Assembly: GCA_963804995.1 (NCBI GenBank)
Contig: CAWDSK010000001.1
Coordinates: 352,001 to 416,000 of the forward strand
DNA: 64,000 nt
Source: an uncultured Acidobacteriota bacterium
GTDB taxonomy: Bacteria; Acidobacteriota; Terriglobia; UBA7540
Direction of reading: 5' to 3'
Part shown: in pieces, positions 10,768 to 21,983 of the stretch
Position numbering within the stretch: the first letter of the stretch is position 1
How the letters are laid out: every line of letters begins with the position of its first letter
Position numbers and translations under genes: made by a program
The notes under the pieces: generated by a model
The model's database searches: none
What the model saw: the letters and a program-made list of their open reading frames with translations, nothing else
What the model was told of the DNA's origin: nothing

Positions 10768-11235
10768 GGTGCCCCTTCGCTTGGTTCGGCCTTCCTCATT
10801 CAGCCCCCCAAGCCGGAAATTTGAATATGATGCCTACTTACAAGTAACGGACATACCCAATCGACTGACACGGAGTCCTGCGGTTATGTGTACCGAGCAA
10901 CATCCCCCTTGAGTGGCGCTTCGATCCCAAGGTTCGGAGTGACTTGCAAGTGAATCCGCCCTCGCCGGCGCTGCTGGCGCATCCCGCGGAGCAACCCCAA
11001 GTATGTCACCCACTCCTGCCAGTCGTTTGTCCCTTATACTGCGATACTAAATCATCGGAGCCGCTTCCGCAATGGAGAGCCGACTGCGGGGAGTTGCATG
11101 GGGAGATGGGCACCGCTTGGTGAGGTGCCCTGGGCAGGGCAAGCCCAGCCCCCACAAGGAGCGTTCGGTTGCGCCCGCGCCGCGTGGCGCTTTGTCCCTG
11201 CCGATTTTTCAGACAATTTGCTGCGCGCATTGCAT

Positions 11236-11304
11236 TTTTGGGCTACCGGTAGCCCAAAAGCGTACATTGCCTATTGACATAGGCCAGTGGTTTACGAGCA
11301 TAAT
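11236..11304 (+). promoter_or_regulatory. 24-bp perfect palindrome followed by TTGACA (putative operator-promoter, copy A)
   Basis: TTTTGGGCTACCGGTAGCCCAAAA at 11236-11259, TTGACA at 11274, CATAAT at 11299 (19-bp spacer). Same arrangement recurs near 20340 on the minus strand. Confidence 0.55.
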
Positions 11305-11717
11305 AGAAGTAGGGAAGCGCAGCGCCCGGATGCGTCGCGGCGGCATTTCCTACCGAAGAACCGCGGACCCCAGAAGCGGGGTGTCCACGCAACACGGTCT
11401 CGGGAGCTTTCCATGACCTCCATCCTGCCGCGCACATCAAGTCTGGCCAAAATAGCCGCAAATCGGGCCCAGGGTCGGCAGTCAGAGGGCGCGATGACGC
11501 CGGCGGGCAAGGCCCCCATGACCAATTCGGAAATTACGGGCTATCGAGGCAAGCCGCGAGCGGCGGAGGGTGATCGGGCAGTGTGGAATTCCATTGACTA
11601 TCTGGGCCCCGAATCCCGGTTTTGTTTCACTGGATTTTCATGCCTCATGCCCTGGGACAGGCTGTCAATTTGTCGAGTGGAATTAGGTGGGGAGCACGTC
11701 CCTACAAAAAATATCAA

Positions 11718-11980
11718 AATGAAGAGTGCTCCCAATAACATAATGAAAACAAAGGTCGAAAAACGACACAATTTGGCATGGCCAATGACTATATGAAAAC
11801 AAACGGCTTATCGTATATGCCAATAACTTACTGAAAATGCACGAGATAGCATCACTTAAGGGCAGCGGAATCAAAGAAGAACACCTCAAACCCACCCTAG
11901 GCCAATAACTTAAAGAAAATAAACAAGTTATACGCTTATGTTCAAGGCAATGCCAATAAGTTTATGAAAAGATTGGAGAT
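11718..11980 (+). repeat. Array of ~5 degenerate AT-rich motifs (SCCAATRAC..ATGAAAAYAAA....TTA)
   Basis: Motif starts near 11731, 11781, 11819, 11901 and 11952. Confidence 0.7.
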
Positions 11981-12174
11981 GATGAGCAGGGACAAACCAT
12001 CCCCTTGTGGACCCGTGAGTCTTGAGCCGCTGAAGCGTATTGGAACCCGAGGAGAGCCCCAAATAATCGACCCTAATTACCTCCGAGCCACAAAACTTCA
12101 GGCCACTATCAATTCACCCCAATTGGAGTAGAATCCAGTTCCTTCTTGATCCCCAGCAGCCCCAGGAGGCCGTA

Positions 12175-13946
12175 ATGATAATCCGGAAGACGCTAACGTA
12201 CCTTATGTTGGGAATGGGACTGTTTGTTGCCCTACCTGCCTGGGCGCAACAGAAGCCATTGACCCAGGATCAAGTAAGAGGTTTGGTACGCAACCAGCTT
12301 GGCGACGAGACGGGTGCGCGCGCCATTCGCGAACGCGGCATCGACTTCGTGCCCAGCGACGATTTCCTGGAAGCCCTCAAAAACGCCGGGGCCACAGAAC
12401 CTTTTATCCAAGCCTTGAAAAAGGTGAAGCAGCCCGGCACCGCTTCCGCACCCGCAGCCCCCCGGGTGCCCTCCCCACCCGCAGCGCCTGCGGTTTCCGC
12501 CAACGCGCCACTCGATATGTTCCAGGTCCTCGATCTTCTAATCAGTGTGGTGCCGACGACTCGTATCGCCTCGCTCATCGGACAGCGCGGAATTGCGTTC
12601 TCGGCGCAGGGCGAAGTTTTGAAAGATTTTCAAATGTTGGGGGCTCAAAAAGGGATCCTTCGTGCCCTGCGCGAGGCGAAGGCATACCCCGCCGATCCGG
12701 ACGCCCTGAAAAAGCATGCTCAGCTTGTGGAGAACGACTACGCCGCCCGGCTGCAAAAAGATCCTAACAATCACGTGGTGCGCTTCGCCTTGGCGGAAGC
12801 GCTCGACACCCAAGGAAAGGACGATGAGGTCGTCGACCTGTTCCGAGCTGCTGTGAGGCTGAAGCCTGACGATCCGTGGGCGCATTACTGGCTTTCAATC
12901 GCGCTGGGGAGAAGGAGGGATTTGGAGGGAGCCCTCGCGGAGCTGCGCGAAGTCATCCGCCTGGACCCCAAGGACCCCCTCCCCCATCGGGACCTGGCAA
13001 GCGGGCTCAAGGAAAAGGGTGATGTGGACGGAGCGATCGCAGAGTATCGCGAGGCCCTGCGCTTGAACCCCAATGATGACATGGCGCACTTCGACATCGG
13101 GAACGCGCTCAGCAAGAAGGGAGACCTGGAGGGTGCAATCCCGGAATACCGGGAGGGCCTACGCCTGAACCCGACTCTTGTAGCAGCCCGCCTCGGCATG
13201 GGCAACGCACTCGAACAAAAGGGCGACCAGGATGGCGCCATCGCGGAATACCGCGAGGCCCTGCGCTTGAACCCAAAGCTCGCTGATGCGCAGGTCAGCC
13301 TTGGCCGTGCGCTCTTTATGAAGGAAGACTGGGATGGGGCAATCCGGGAAGAACGCGCAGGGTTGCTCCTAAATCCCCATAGTGACGTTGCGCATTCCAT
13401 TCTCGGTGCTGCACTCGAAAAGAAGAAGGACCGGGATGGCGCAATTGCGGAGTTTCGGGAGGCGCTACGCCTAAACCCCAATAGTGACTATGCCCACGGT
13501 AGTCTAGGCGACGCACTTGGAGAAAAGGGCGACCTGGGGATGGCGCGATCGTGGAGTTTCGCGAACTGGTGCGTTTGAGGCCCCATGACGCCCAAGCGCA
13601 TGGCAGCCTCGGCGTCGCGCTCATACAAAAGGCCAATTGGGATGGTGCAATCGCGGAGTTTCGCGAAGTGGTGCGCTTGACGCCCAATGATGCTCAAGCG
13701 CATTGCGTCCTCGGTATCTCGCTCGGGCAGAAGGGCGAAGTGAATGGCGCGGTCGCGGAGTATCGGGAGGCGCTGCGTCTGGACCCTAACCTCCCGGAAG
13801 CACACTACAACCTTGGCGTCGCGCTGGAGAGGAAGGGCGACCGGCAGGGAGCACTTGAGGAGTACAGCGTGGCATGCAAGCTTGACCCCCAGGAAGCGAA
13901 CTATCAGCAGAATTACCAGCGGCTGTCGAAACAGCTGAATAAATGA
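12175..13946 (+). pseudogene. Exported multi-TPR protein, frameshifted near 13536-13539 (may be a sequencing error)
   Basis: 34-aa TPR repeats (GAIAEYREALRLNP) continue from ORF 12175..13578 into ORF 13551..13946. The break is at GACCTGGGGATGGC, where D-L-D-G-A-I is expected. Confidence 0.8.
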
Positions 13947-14261
13947 TGAGCATGAACCACGGGCAGGATCGTTGGAGCGGCGGCTTTTCATAGCAAGCAT
14001 AGAACGGACCTGTTCTTCAAGGTCCGCGACTCTTCGCATCCTAATGCCCGCTACTGCGGGTTAACGATTGACAGCTTGCCTTTGGATTCGAGAGCACGAA
14101 TTTTCAGAAGAACCCTTAAGGAAGGGGTTAGCACGTGGAACCTGAAATTCCCTATTCCCGAAGCGACCTGAACGGCGGGGCGTGGGCTGAGGTTACGCTT
14201 AGCGACAGGTACTCACTCCACTCCAAGCGAATGGCACTAGGCAGAAGGCGAGGAGGCATCG

Positions 14262-15476
14262 ATGGACAGTGGCAGAGGCGGATCCAAACATATTGAGTTC
14301 TGGAAAGTCGCGATTCCAATCCTGTTGGTTTTGTGTTTCGGGGTAACCGCATCGCGCGCCAGCGACACCGATGACCTCGAAGTCGTCGTGGGAAATACCG
14401 TCGAGATCACCGGTTCGCGACGTTACTGCTGGTTCCCCACCGTTCATCAATTCTCAACTGGCGAAATCATGGCCACCATGCGGATGAGTCCGGACGAAAC
14501 GAATCCGGAAGGAGACTTCTCCGCCTACTGCATTTCGAAGGATAAGGGGCTGACCTGGAGCCAAAGGTACACCATGGGGGCGGGGGCTAATGTGGATGGG
14601 GCATACAGCGAGTCACCGCGCCCGGATGGAAGTATTTGGCAACTCTATGGTTGGGTGAGTTCTCTGTTTGCGGAGCCCTCTGAACAATTCCATATGACCT
14701 TAACCAAGTTTTCGCAGGGGGGAATGCAGTTCACCCAGTGGCGCGACGTTCCCTTGCGGACCTCGCAACCTATCCAACTTTCGCACACTGACACGTTTGA
14801 CCGGAAAGTTCAGGATGGGCACCTCGCCGCGCAGCCGGGACTGGTTCCCTGGGGAGCTATGCTCGATGGGCTGAACGGGGATCTGATGACTACGGCCTAT
14901 TACACTGCCGACCGGGATCCGCATTACTACCGGCTGGCCTTAATCCGATCGAGTGATGGTGGCAAGTCCTGGAGTGAATACTCAACCCTTGCCGCAGTGA
15001 ATCCGGGGGAGCAGCCTTGGCCGGGGATGGGCAATGAGGGGCCGTGTGAGGCGGGCATGGTGCGTCTGGCTGATCAGCGGCTATACGCCATGTTCCGTAC
15101 CGGGGGAGACGGCTTCATTGGGAACGTGTGGTCGAAGGATGATGGGAGAACCTGGACGAAGCCAGTCTCTACACCCTACAAGGGAGTTGCTCTGCGAGTG
15201 CGCCGGCTGAGCAACGGGGTCCTGGCATGCACGACGGGGCGGCCAGGTCCGGTGGTCGTGATGTTCAGCTTGGACGGGACTGGCGAAAAGTGGTCGCACG
15301 TCACTCCAATCTTCGATGGGAAGAGCACACACTACACGGATTTCATTGAGGTGGAGCCTGGGAAGTTGCTGGTGGTGTATGACCACACGCCGTACGGCTG
15401 GAATGCGATTCCTCCTGCTGATCCCGACTCGAGGAACGTCATCTACGGGACATTCGTTTCCATTCGGAGGAAATAG
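14262..15476 (+). CDS. Exported sialidase-family (BNR/Asp-box) protein
   Basis: Signal peptide and Asp-boxes SKDKGLTW, SSDGGKSW, SKDDGRTW. Confidence 0.8.
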   Translation: MDSGRGGSKHIEFWKVAIPILLVLCFGVTASRASDTDDLEVVVGNTVEITGSRRYCWFPTVHQFSTGEIMATMRMSPDETNPEGDFSAYCISKDKGLTWSQRYTMGAGANVDGAYSESPRPDGSIWQLYGWVSSLFAEPSEQFHMTLTKFSQGGMQFTQWRDVPLRTSQPIQLSHTDTFDRKVQDGHLAAQPGLVPWGAMLDGLNGDLMTTAYYTADRDPHYYRLALIRSSDGGKSWSEYSTLAAVNPGEQPWPGMGNEGPCEAGMVRLADQRLYAMFRTGGDGFIGNVWSKDDGRTWTKPVSTPYKGVALRVRRLSNGVLACTTGRPGPVVVMFSLDGTGEKWSHVTPIFDGKSTHYTDFIEVEPGKLLVVYDHTPYGWNAIPPADPDSRNVIYGTFVSIRRK

Positions 15477-15604
15477 CACCGGGTACACCCGCAACAAAGA
15501 TCGGCGAACTTTCAGCCTCAGCGATCAGTTCGGACCGTGAGCGCTTAAGCTAAAATGATAAGGCCTGGGTGGAGCAAGGTGATCAGGGAAGGAGACGGCA
15601 AGCA

Positions 15605-16471
15605 ATGTCGGGTGCGGAAGGGAAAAGGAGATTTGCCCCGGGGCCAATGCCGAAAGGCCACCCGCTGGGGCGCAGAGAATTCCTGACTTCCAGTCTCGCC
15701 GGTCTCCTTGCTGCGGGTCTATGGCCTGGCGGACTGGAAGCGCAAGACTCGGGTGAAAATTTTCAGTTCGTAGCAATGAATGACACGCATTTCCGCGACG
15801 ATCAAGATCTTCAATTCTTCGAGCAACTGGCCGCAAGAATTAGGGGCACCGAGGGCGCTGCCGAATTCATTCTCCACGCCGGCGACGTTGTGGATGGCGG
15901 TCTTCCAAAACAACTGGGTCCTATGAAGTCTTTCTTTGACAGCCTCGACAGGCCTTGCCACCTGGTGCCCGGCAACCACGATGTGGACGTGGACGATGGG
16001 TCGCTCCGAAGTTATCGAGCGGTGTTCGGAGAACACGCGGCCAACGCGTGGTTCAAGCACAAGGGCTGGCAGTTCGTGGGGCTGGACAGCACCGAAGGGA
16101 CTAAATGGAAGGACGTGCAAGTTCAAGCTGCCAACCTCGCATGGCTACATGAAACGGTGGCGGAACTCGACCACCAGAAGCCTGTCGTCTTGTATACGCA
16201 CATGCCTTTGGGAAGCGAGGTGCCGTACCAAGCCGCTAATGCTGATGCGGTGCTGTCAATGTTCGTTGAGCACAATCTAAAAGCCGTCTTCAACGCCCAT
16301 TTCCATGGGTACACGCTGCGCGACTATCGCGGGGCAGGAGTCACCACGGACCGCTGCCTCTCGCGATGGAGAGCTAACATGGACGGCTCAGTTGATAAGG
16401 GCTACTTCAGGTGCAAAGTGGAGGCAGGGCACATCACTCGTGAATTCGTTCGCTTCAACTTTAAGGCGTAA
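15605..16471 (+). CDS. Tat-exported calcineurin-like metallophosphoesterase
   Basis: RREFL Tat motif; DTH, GDVVD, GNHD, HMP and AHFH motifs. Confidence 0.85.
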   Translation: MSGAEGKRRFAPGPMPKGHPLGRREFLTSSLAGLLAAGLWPGGLEAQDSGENFQFVAMNDTHFRDDQDLQFFEQLAARIRGTEGAAEFILHAGDVVDGGLPKQLGPMKSFFDSLDRPCHLVPGNHDVDVDDGSLRSYRAVFGEHAANAWFKHKGWQFVGLDSTEGTKWKDVQVQAANLAWLHETVAELDHQKPVVLYTHMPLGSEVPYQAANADAVLSMFVEHNLKAVFNAHFHGYTLRDYRGAGVTTDRCLSRWRANMDGSVDKGYFRCKVEAGHITREFVRFNFKA

Positions 16472-16540
16472 GACGAGCGGCCGCCGGATAACTTTGCTGG
16501 AGACCTGGGCCATCGCGGTGGAGCCTCGCGGGCTTAAGTG

Positions 16541-16610
16541 ACCCCTCACCCGTCCCGCTCCGGCTGATGAAAACGCCGGCAGCGGTCCACCCTCTCCCCT
16601 CGGAGAGGGC
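16541..16610. repeat. REP-like palindromic element, CCCCTCACCC...CCCTCTCCC family
   Basis: Reverse complement of sequence inside the 46041-46187 and 53480-53646 copies. Confidence 0.8.
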
Positions 16611-16672
16611 TGGTAGTTCGTGCGGTGTCAAATCTGCGGAAATGTGGCTGGCTTAAGTGAACCGTCTAGGCC

Positions 16673-18091
16673 TTACGGCGCCATCTTCATTTCCAACTTG
16701 AACGGCGCCAGTTCCTGCTTGATAACTTTATCAACGCCGACCGCGACGATGGCTTGACGCGCCGCTGGGAAGTATTTGGCGCTTGCCGCGTCCACGTTTT
16801 TAATCGTCACCTTACCGATTCGCTCACTCTGCAAGCCCAACTCTTCCGGCGGCAGGCCGAGAATCCACAGGCGTGCAAGCGACCGCGCCACGGAATCCTG
16901 TGCCTGGAGGTCGATAGCCTGATTGCCGACCAGGTATCTCTGGGCGTGCAGCACGTCGTCCTGAGAGGGGCTGGTGGTGGCCATGCGGTTCAGCTCATAC
17001 AGGATTTCGTTGAGCGCTGCGCCCGTGACGGCATTCTGCACGGGCGCCCAGGTCTGGAAAACCGCGGCCGTGCGTCGTGATGCCAGGTAGGAGCCCGGCG
17101 AATACGTGTAGCCCTTGTCTTCGCGGATGTTCAGGATCAAGCGGGAGCCGAACATTCCCCCGTAGATGGCGTTGGCCACCTGGGTGGCGGCGAAATCCGG
17201 ACTGCTCTCCGTGGGGCCGATTGAGCCGAGCGCCAGGGTGGTCTGGACGGAGTCCGGGCGATCCACAACCATGATGGCGTGTTCGACCGGGTGTGAGGGC
17301 TTTCCCAAGGCCGGAACCGGCGGTGTCGAAGGCGCGGTCCACTTGCCCAGCAGCGATTCGACGGTCGCCATCATCTTCCCCGTTTCGAAATCACCCACCA
17401 CCACCAGAATCGCCTGGTCGGGCCGAAAGCGGCGTGCGTACTCACTCTTCAAATCCTGTGGAGTGGTTTTGGCGATGGTCGCCTGGGTCAAGGAGGTCAC
17501 TGCGTAAGGGTGCTGGCCGAAAAGGGCACTTGCCAGCGCGCGGCTGGCCAGAAAGAACGGGTCGGCTTCCTGTTCGCGCAGATGGTCAGCAGCGTTACGC
17601 TTGGCGAGTGCAACTTCGCTGTCAGGGAAGATGGCGTTTTGGATGACGTCCGCGAAAACCGCGAGGCCCGCTTCGGTTTTGGACGAGAGAACGCTCGTCC
17701 CGACCACGATTGACTCGCTCCCTGCGTCGCCGCTCAGGTCCCCGCCCGCCGCTTGCACCTCTTCGGCAATCTGCCTGGCCGTTCGCGTCTTCGTCCCTTG
17801 ATCGATGGTGGCCGTCAGCAGGTCCGAGAGCCCTGGCCGGTCCCTGGGATCAGCCGACATCCCACCGCGTACGGCGAGCTCAAAGGTGACCTCTGGATAC
17901 CCCGGGCGCGGCACCAGCCACAGCGTGAGCCCATTCGCGAGCTTCCTTGCGGTGACTTGCGGGGCGTGGAAAGGTTTCAACTCACCGTAGGGCGGCAACT
18001 CCGCCGGCAGAGGCTTTTCCTTCTCCGCTTTCACGGTACCAGGGGCAACGAGAAGAACCAGAAAGAAAATTGACAGGATTCGACGGGCCAT
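16673..18091 (-). CDS. M16 (pitrilysin) family peptidase, non-catalytic subunit
   Basis: KLANGLTL, GTKTRTA, YGGMFGSRLILNIREDKGYTY; no HXXEH motif. Confidence 0.88.
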   Translation of the reverse strand: MARRILSIFFLVLLVAPGTVKAEKEKPLPAELPPYGELKPFHAPQVTARKLANGLTLWLVPRPGYPEVTFELAVRGGMSADPRDRPGLSDLLTATIDQGTKTRTARQIAEEVQAAGGDLSGDAGSESIVVGTSVLSSKTEAGLAVFADVIQNAIFPDSEVALAKRNAADHLREQEADPFFLASRALASALFGQHPYAVTSLTQATIAKTTPQDLKSEYARRFRPDQAILVVVGDFETGKMMATVESLLGKWTAPSTPPVPALGKPSHPVEHAIMVVDRPDSVQTTLALGSIGPTESSPDFAATQVANAIYGGMFGSRLILNIREDKGYTYSPGSYLASRRTAAVFQTWAPVQNAVTGAALNEILYELNRMATTSPSQDDVLHAQRYLVGNQAIDLQAQDSVARSLARLWILGLPPEELGLQSERIGKVTIKNVDAASAKYFPAARQAIVAVGVDKVIKQELAPFKLEMKMAP

Positions 18092-19480
18092 TAGAGGGCT
18101 CCTTTCTCGCCGCCTTCGTTCTTACCGCTGGAGGCGGGGGCGGGGACTCGGTCGATGATGGTGCGATTCGTCTTGACCAGATATTTTCCGGCGAAGGCAC
18201 GGACATCTTCAGGAGTCACGTGCTCCAGCTCATCCGGGACTTCATTCACCCGATCCGGTTTGCCATCGAGCAGAGTGGCGTGCGACAGGATGGAAGCGCG
18301 GCTCATCGGGACCTCCAGGTTCGAGTACCAATCGGACCGCATCTTGGTGCTGATGCGCGCCAGCGCCTCTGGGCTCGGCCCTTTCGCAGCCAGGTCGCCG
18401 ATGACCTCATCGTACGCGGCCAGAACGTCGTCCGGCTTAAGCTTGGGCGGATATTTGATGAAGGAGGTCAGCAGGGTCGGGCCGGCATACTCGAAGGGCG
18501 TTCCGAACACGAAGTTGACCCCGCCGCTGACTTCGAGTGCGACCTTCTTTTCTTTCACCAACGCCTGATAGAGCACCGACGCCTGCCCGTTATGCAGCAG
18601 CTCGCCCACCACGGCTCCCACCACCGCGTCGGAAGCAGTGCGGGGCGGCATGCGATAGCCGATGGCGAGCGCCGGAACGCGCGCCAGCTTGTCCTGCTCC
18701 GTGGAGCGCCGCTCCCTGGTCTGCGGCGCCTCCGTGAAATCGGGCTTAGGCGGCACCTCGCGCGGCGGAATCGCGCCAAAATACTTTTCGACTTTCTCGA
18801 AGACTTCCGGTGCATTCACGTCGCCCACGATGGCCAGCACGGCATTATTGGGAGCGTAGTAGTGCTCAAAAAAGGCCTGGACGTTCCTGAATCTTGGCTG
18901 CGTCCAGGTCTTTAAAGTCGCCGTAGAAATTGTGAGAGTTGGGGAATTTATCAAACGCCTTGCCCGCCAAATCAATGACGAAGAAAAACCCATAAGGTTG
19001 GTTGAGCACGTTGACCCGGACTTCTTCCTCCACCACCTTGCGCTGATTCTCAAGATTGGCAGGGGAGAAATCGAGCGTCTTCAGGCGGTCCGCCTCGAGC
19101 CACAGCACCGGGTCGAGCGCCGAAACCGGGGCCGCTTCGATGTATTCCGTGAAATCATACCGCGTGTCGCCATTGTTCGAGCCCCCTCCCCCTTCTATCA
19201 CCCGGTCAAAGGTTCCCTTGGGAGCGATCGGCGTGCCTTCGAACATCATGTGCTCGAAGAGATGCGCAAACCCCGTGCGCCCCTCGGGCTCTAACCTGAA
19301 CCCGATGCCGTAGGAGATGCAGAGCCCGAAAGTCGGCGCGGAATGGTCTTCTGAAACCACCACGACCAACCCGTTCGGGAGCTTCTTGGTCACGGCAGGA
19401 ACCTTCCAGCCTTCCGCGGGGAAGGCGTTCGATGCGACGATCAAGAAAACCAGAAGTGTCCAAACGCGTGCAAGTCTCAT
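18091..19480 (-). pseudogene. M16 peptidase catalytic subunit, +1 frameshift near 18884 (may be a sequencing error)
   Basis: GFAHLFEHMMF (HXXEH). Removing one A from ATTCAGGAACGTCCAG joins the two ORFs as DAAKIQDVQAFFEHYYAPNNAVL. ATG at 19480 follows AGGAG. Confidence 0.82.
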
Positions 19481-19554
19481 TGTTTCTCCTTGGCCTGACT
19501 TCGGCACCTTGGCCCACTTCACCACCCAGCGTCATACTTTTCCTGAAGGCTAAG

Positions 19555-19820
19555 CATTATAACTCCATTTCTTTTCATAAACATCGCGAGATAGCGTTTT
19601 TAACTTATGTGTTTTCATCAACATGGCGAGAAGGCGGAAAACTGACATTTTGCCACCATTTGTTTTCAATAACATCGCCAGGCTATCCTTCATTATTTCC
19701 CCCGCGTTTTTTCGCAACCCCGGCATCAGAATGAGCTGACTATCTTTGTTTCAGCGATATAGACTTTTGCAGGATTCTTGCTATTCACAGCTAACCCATT
19801 TTGTTTGCTACACATAATGG
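19555..19820 (-). repeat. Array of degenerate AT-rich motifs (ATGTTNWTGAAAACAMA...GTTA), same family as 11718-11980
   Basis: Minus-strand units GGCGATGTTATTGAAAACAAATGG, CGCCATGTTGATGAAAACACATAAGTTA, CGCGATGTTTATGAAAAGAAATGGAGTTA. Confidence 0.7.
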
Positions 19821-19837
19821 AAAGCCGCGGGCAATTT

Positions 19838-19966
19838 TGTAGCGCTGAACTTTAGTTCAGCATGTGCCGACCTCCCGACCAAGTCGGGACAGGTTCCGGT
19901 CGGCGCTACATCGGCTTGTGCCGACCGTTCGCGGTGCTCAGGTCGGGCTCCGAAGGTCGGCACCAC
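19838..19966. repeat. GTAG-type REP/REPIN cluster (GTAGCGCCGACC family)
   Basis: 19864-19909 is the near-exact reverse complement of 42634-42680. Confidence 0.8.
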
Positions 19967-20296
19967 TTCGCGCAGATTTATGGCGTAATTCGTGTTTTTC
20001 AGCCCACAATCCTGATCGATTGTCGTCAATTCTAGCAAAATTCCGGAATTTTCTGCAAAAAGGCTCGAATAATAGCCTGACATATTGTCACTTCTCTTGT
20101 GTTTTCATACACATCCCCGGAGGTTCCTTCATTTTTAACATCTCTACGGGTCAGCGCCCCGTTTCGGGTTCTGATCAGCGTGCCGGTGAGCCGCCACAAT
20201 TGGCGCAAGCTGGAATCCTCCCTCTTCTGCATGAGCGGCGCGTTGCGGGTGCTCCTAGTGTGCTCGACTTCACCACGACACAATTCTCCATTAAAT

Positions 20297-20360
20297 AGCC
20301 TAGCAGGGACGCGGCCATTGTCAAGAAAGATATATGTGAATGGGCTACCGGTAGCCCAAA
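20297..20360 (-). promoter_or_regulatory. Palindrome GGGCTACCGGTAGCCC followed by TTGACA (putative operator-promoter, copy B)
   Basis: Core at 20342-20357; TTGACA on the minus strand at 20324-20319, 17 bp from the core. Confidence 0.55.
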
Positions 20361-20470
20361 TCGTAAAGGAGGGGTGTCCAATTGTCCGAAATCGCGGGTG
20401 GCGCATACGTGCCGCATTTTGGCAGGTATGCGGTCACAACCTTAGGTCCATATGCATCGGCTGCGAAGAG

Positions 20471-20610
20471 ACCCCTCACCCGCCTGCGGGCCGGAGCCGA
20501 TGTCATTTACGGTTCCCAGGTGCCCCTTCGGTGGGCGTAGGCCCGTCGTGCTTCCCGATGAAGTGCATCGGGACAGTGCGCCACCCTCTGTCGCCGCGGC
20601 GACAGAGGGC
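20471..20610. repeat. REP-like element (CCCCTCACCC family) with internal hairpins
   Basis: ACCCCTCACCCG start; CCCTCTGTCGCCGCGGCGACAGAGGG palindrome at the end, similar to 53480-53525. Confidence 0.65.
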
Positions 20611-20665
20611 TATGGATTCCACGCGACCCGATTTTCGAATTTCGAGTTTCGATTTTCGTCTTTTG

Positions 20666-21745
20666 TCAGTTCTCGGCTGACGGGACGGGAACCTCATCGC
20701 CGAGGGCGGCATCGCCGGACGGGGCCTTGCCCACCACAATTTGCCAGACCAGGAATTCCAGCAGAATTTTGGAATTCTTCCACGACAACTTGATTCCCAA
20801 ATCGGCGCGGCGCACGGCGCGCATGGCCTGCAACAATTCTTCGCGGGGATAATTCTTCTGCGTCAGGGGAGCAATCTCCGCCGTCGAGTAAGGGTTCGAG
20901 CCGCGCGACCAGCGATTGCCGTAGCTCGCCACTCCACGCAACGTCTGGCGAAATAAATCGCCAATGCACCAGAGGATGAGGGTTTCCGCCACTTTGCTGG
21001 CCAGAAGCTCGCGCAAGGTTTCAAGCGCCAGCCCGCACTTGCGCTCGCCGATGGCGCGTAAGAGCTTGCCGATTTCGTGCTCCTCGCGGAAGGCGACGAT
21101 AACCTCAAGATCCGCGGGCTCCAGGCGCTTGAGGCCAGGCCGCGCGGTCATAAGCTTTTCGAGCTCGGTGCGCATCCAAAGCAGATTGACGGCGGAGGGG
21201 CCGGCAGCCGAACGCGAATCCTGGCTGATTTCGAACTTCGCAGCAATATCTTCCGCCAGATCATCCGCGAGCTCCACTCCTGCCTGCTCAAGAAAGCGCT
21301 GCGCCCAACCCGCGGCTTCCTGGCGGTCGGGGGAACGCAACTCGACAAGCTGCGCCTTCTTTTCGAGCAACTGGGTGAAGCGGCGGCGGCGGTCGGGCTC
21401 CGCGGCCATGAACACTACGGTTGAAAAGGGCGAGGGACGCTCCAGATAAGCCCGCAACGCTTCCACATCCTCATCGCCCGCGCCCTTGAAGTCTTCTGAA
21501 TCCGACAGCAGCAGGAAATTGTGGCCGCCCAGCATGGGCATCTGTTCCGCCCCTTCGAGGGCGTGCTGGAGCTGCCCCGCTTCAAAATCAATTTCCGCCA
21601 GGCACCACTGGCGCGCGTCCGCGGGGATGGAGTTCAATACGGCCTTGCGACACTCCTCCTGAAGGAAGCGGTCAGGGCCGCGCAGAAAGTACGCGGTACC
21701 GGGTTGACCCTTGCGCAACGCTGCAATGAATTCGGTGGGGCGCAT
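20666..21745 (-). CDS. holA: DNA polymerase III subunit delta
   Basis: YFLRGPDRFL, PMLGG, LRAYLERPSPFSTVVF, ELEKL, ADLGIKLS...LLEFLV. Confidence 0.8.
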   Translation of the reverse strand: MRPTEFIAALRKGQPGTAYFLRGPDRFLQEECRKAVLNSIPADARQWCLAEIDFEAGQLQHALEGAEQMPMLGGHNFLLLSDSEDFKGAGDEDVEALRAYLERPSPFSTVVFMAAEPDRRRRFTQLLEKKAQLVELRSPDRQEAAGWAQRFLEQAGVELADDLAEDIAAKFEISQDSRSAAGPSAVNLLWMRTELEKLMTARPGLKRLEPADLEVIVAFREEHEIGKLLRAIGERKCGLALETLRELLASKVAETLILWCIGDLFRQTLRGVASYGNRWSRGSNPYSTAEIAPLTQKNYPREELLQAMRAVRRADLGIKLSWKNSKILLEFLVWQIVVGKAPSGDAALGDEVPVPSAEN

Positions 21746-21983
21746 CGAGAAGAGTGTAGCGGCAAGCGGGGGGAATTCGATAGCGAAAACGGAGCGAAAG
21801 TTTCGGCAGATCGGGAGATCGGGTGATCCGGTGATCGAAGCGGAGAGGGCTCGCTTTGGTGCCCTAATCAAAAGAGGTCTTCCCGACTCTGTCGGGGCCC
21901 GCTAAAGGCTCGCTGCCTACTGCTTACTGCCTTCCGCTTTCCGCCTTCCACCTATTCACCCCCATGGTGGGGGCGCGCCCTCA

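Noticed and set aside
11287..11796. ORF of 169 aa as a real gene
   Set aside because: Runs through repeat DNA, has no good start context and only a decayed motif; treated as part of the non-coding element.
11718..11980. CRISPR array
   Set aside because: Repeats are degenerate with irregular spacing (about 38-82 bp) and no cas genes are present.
12900..13900. 102-bp DNA periodicity as a repeat array or DGR template/variable region
   Set aside because: Explained by TPR-coding repeats; no reverse transcriptase gene and no adenine-specific variation seen.
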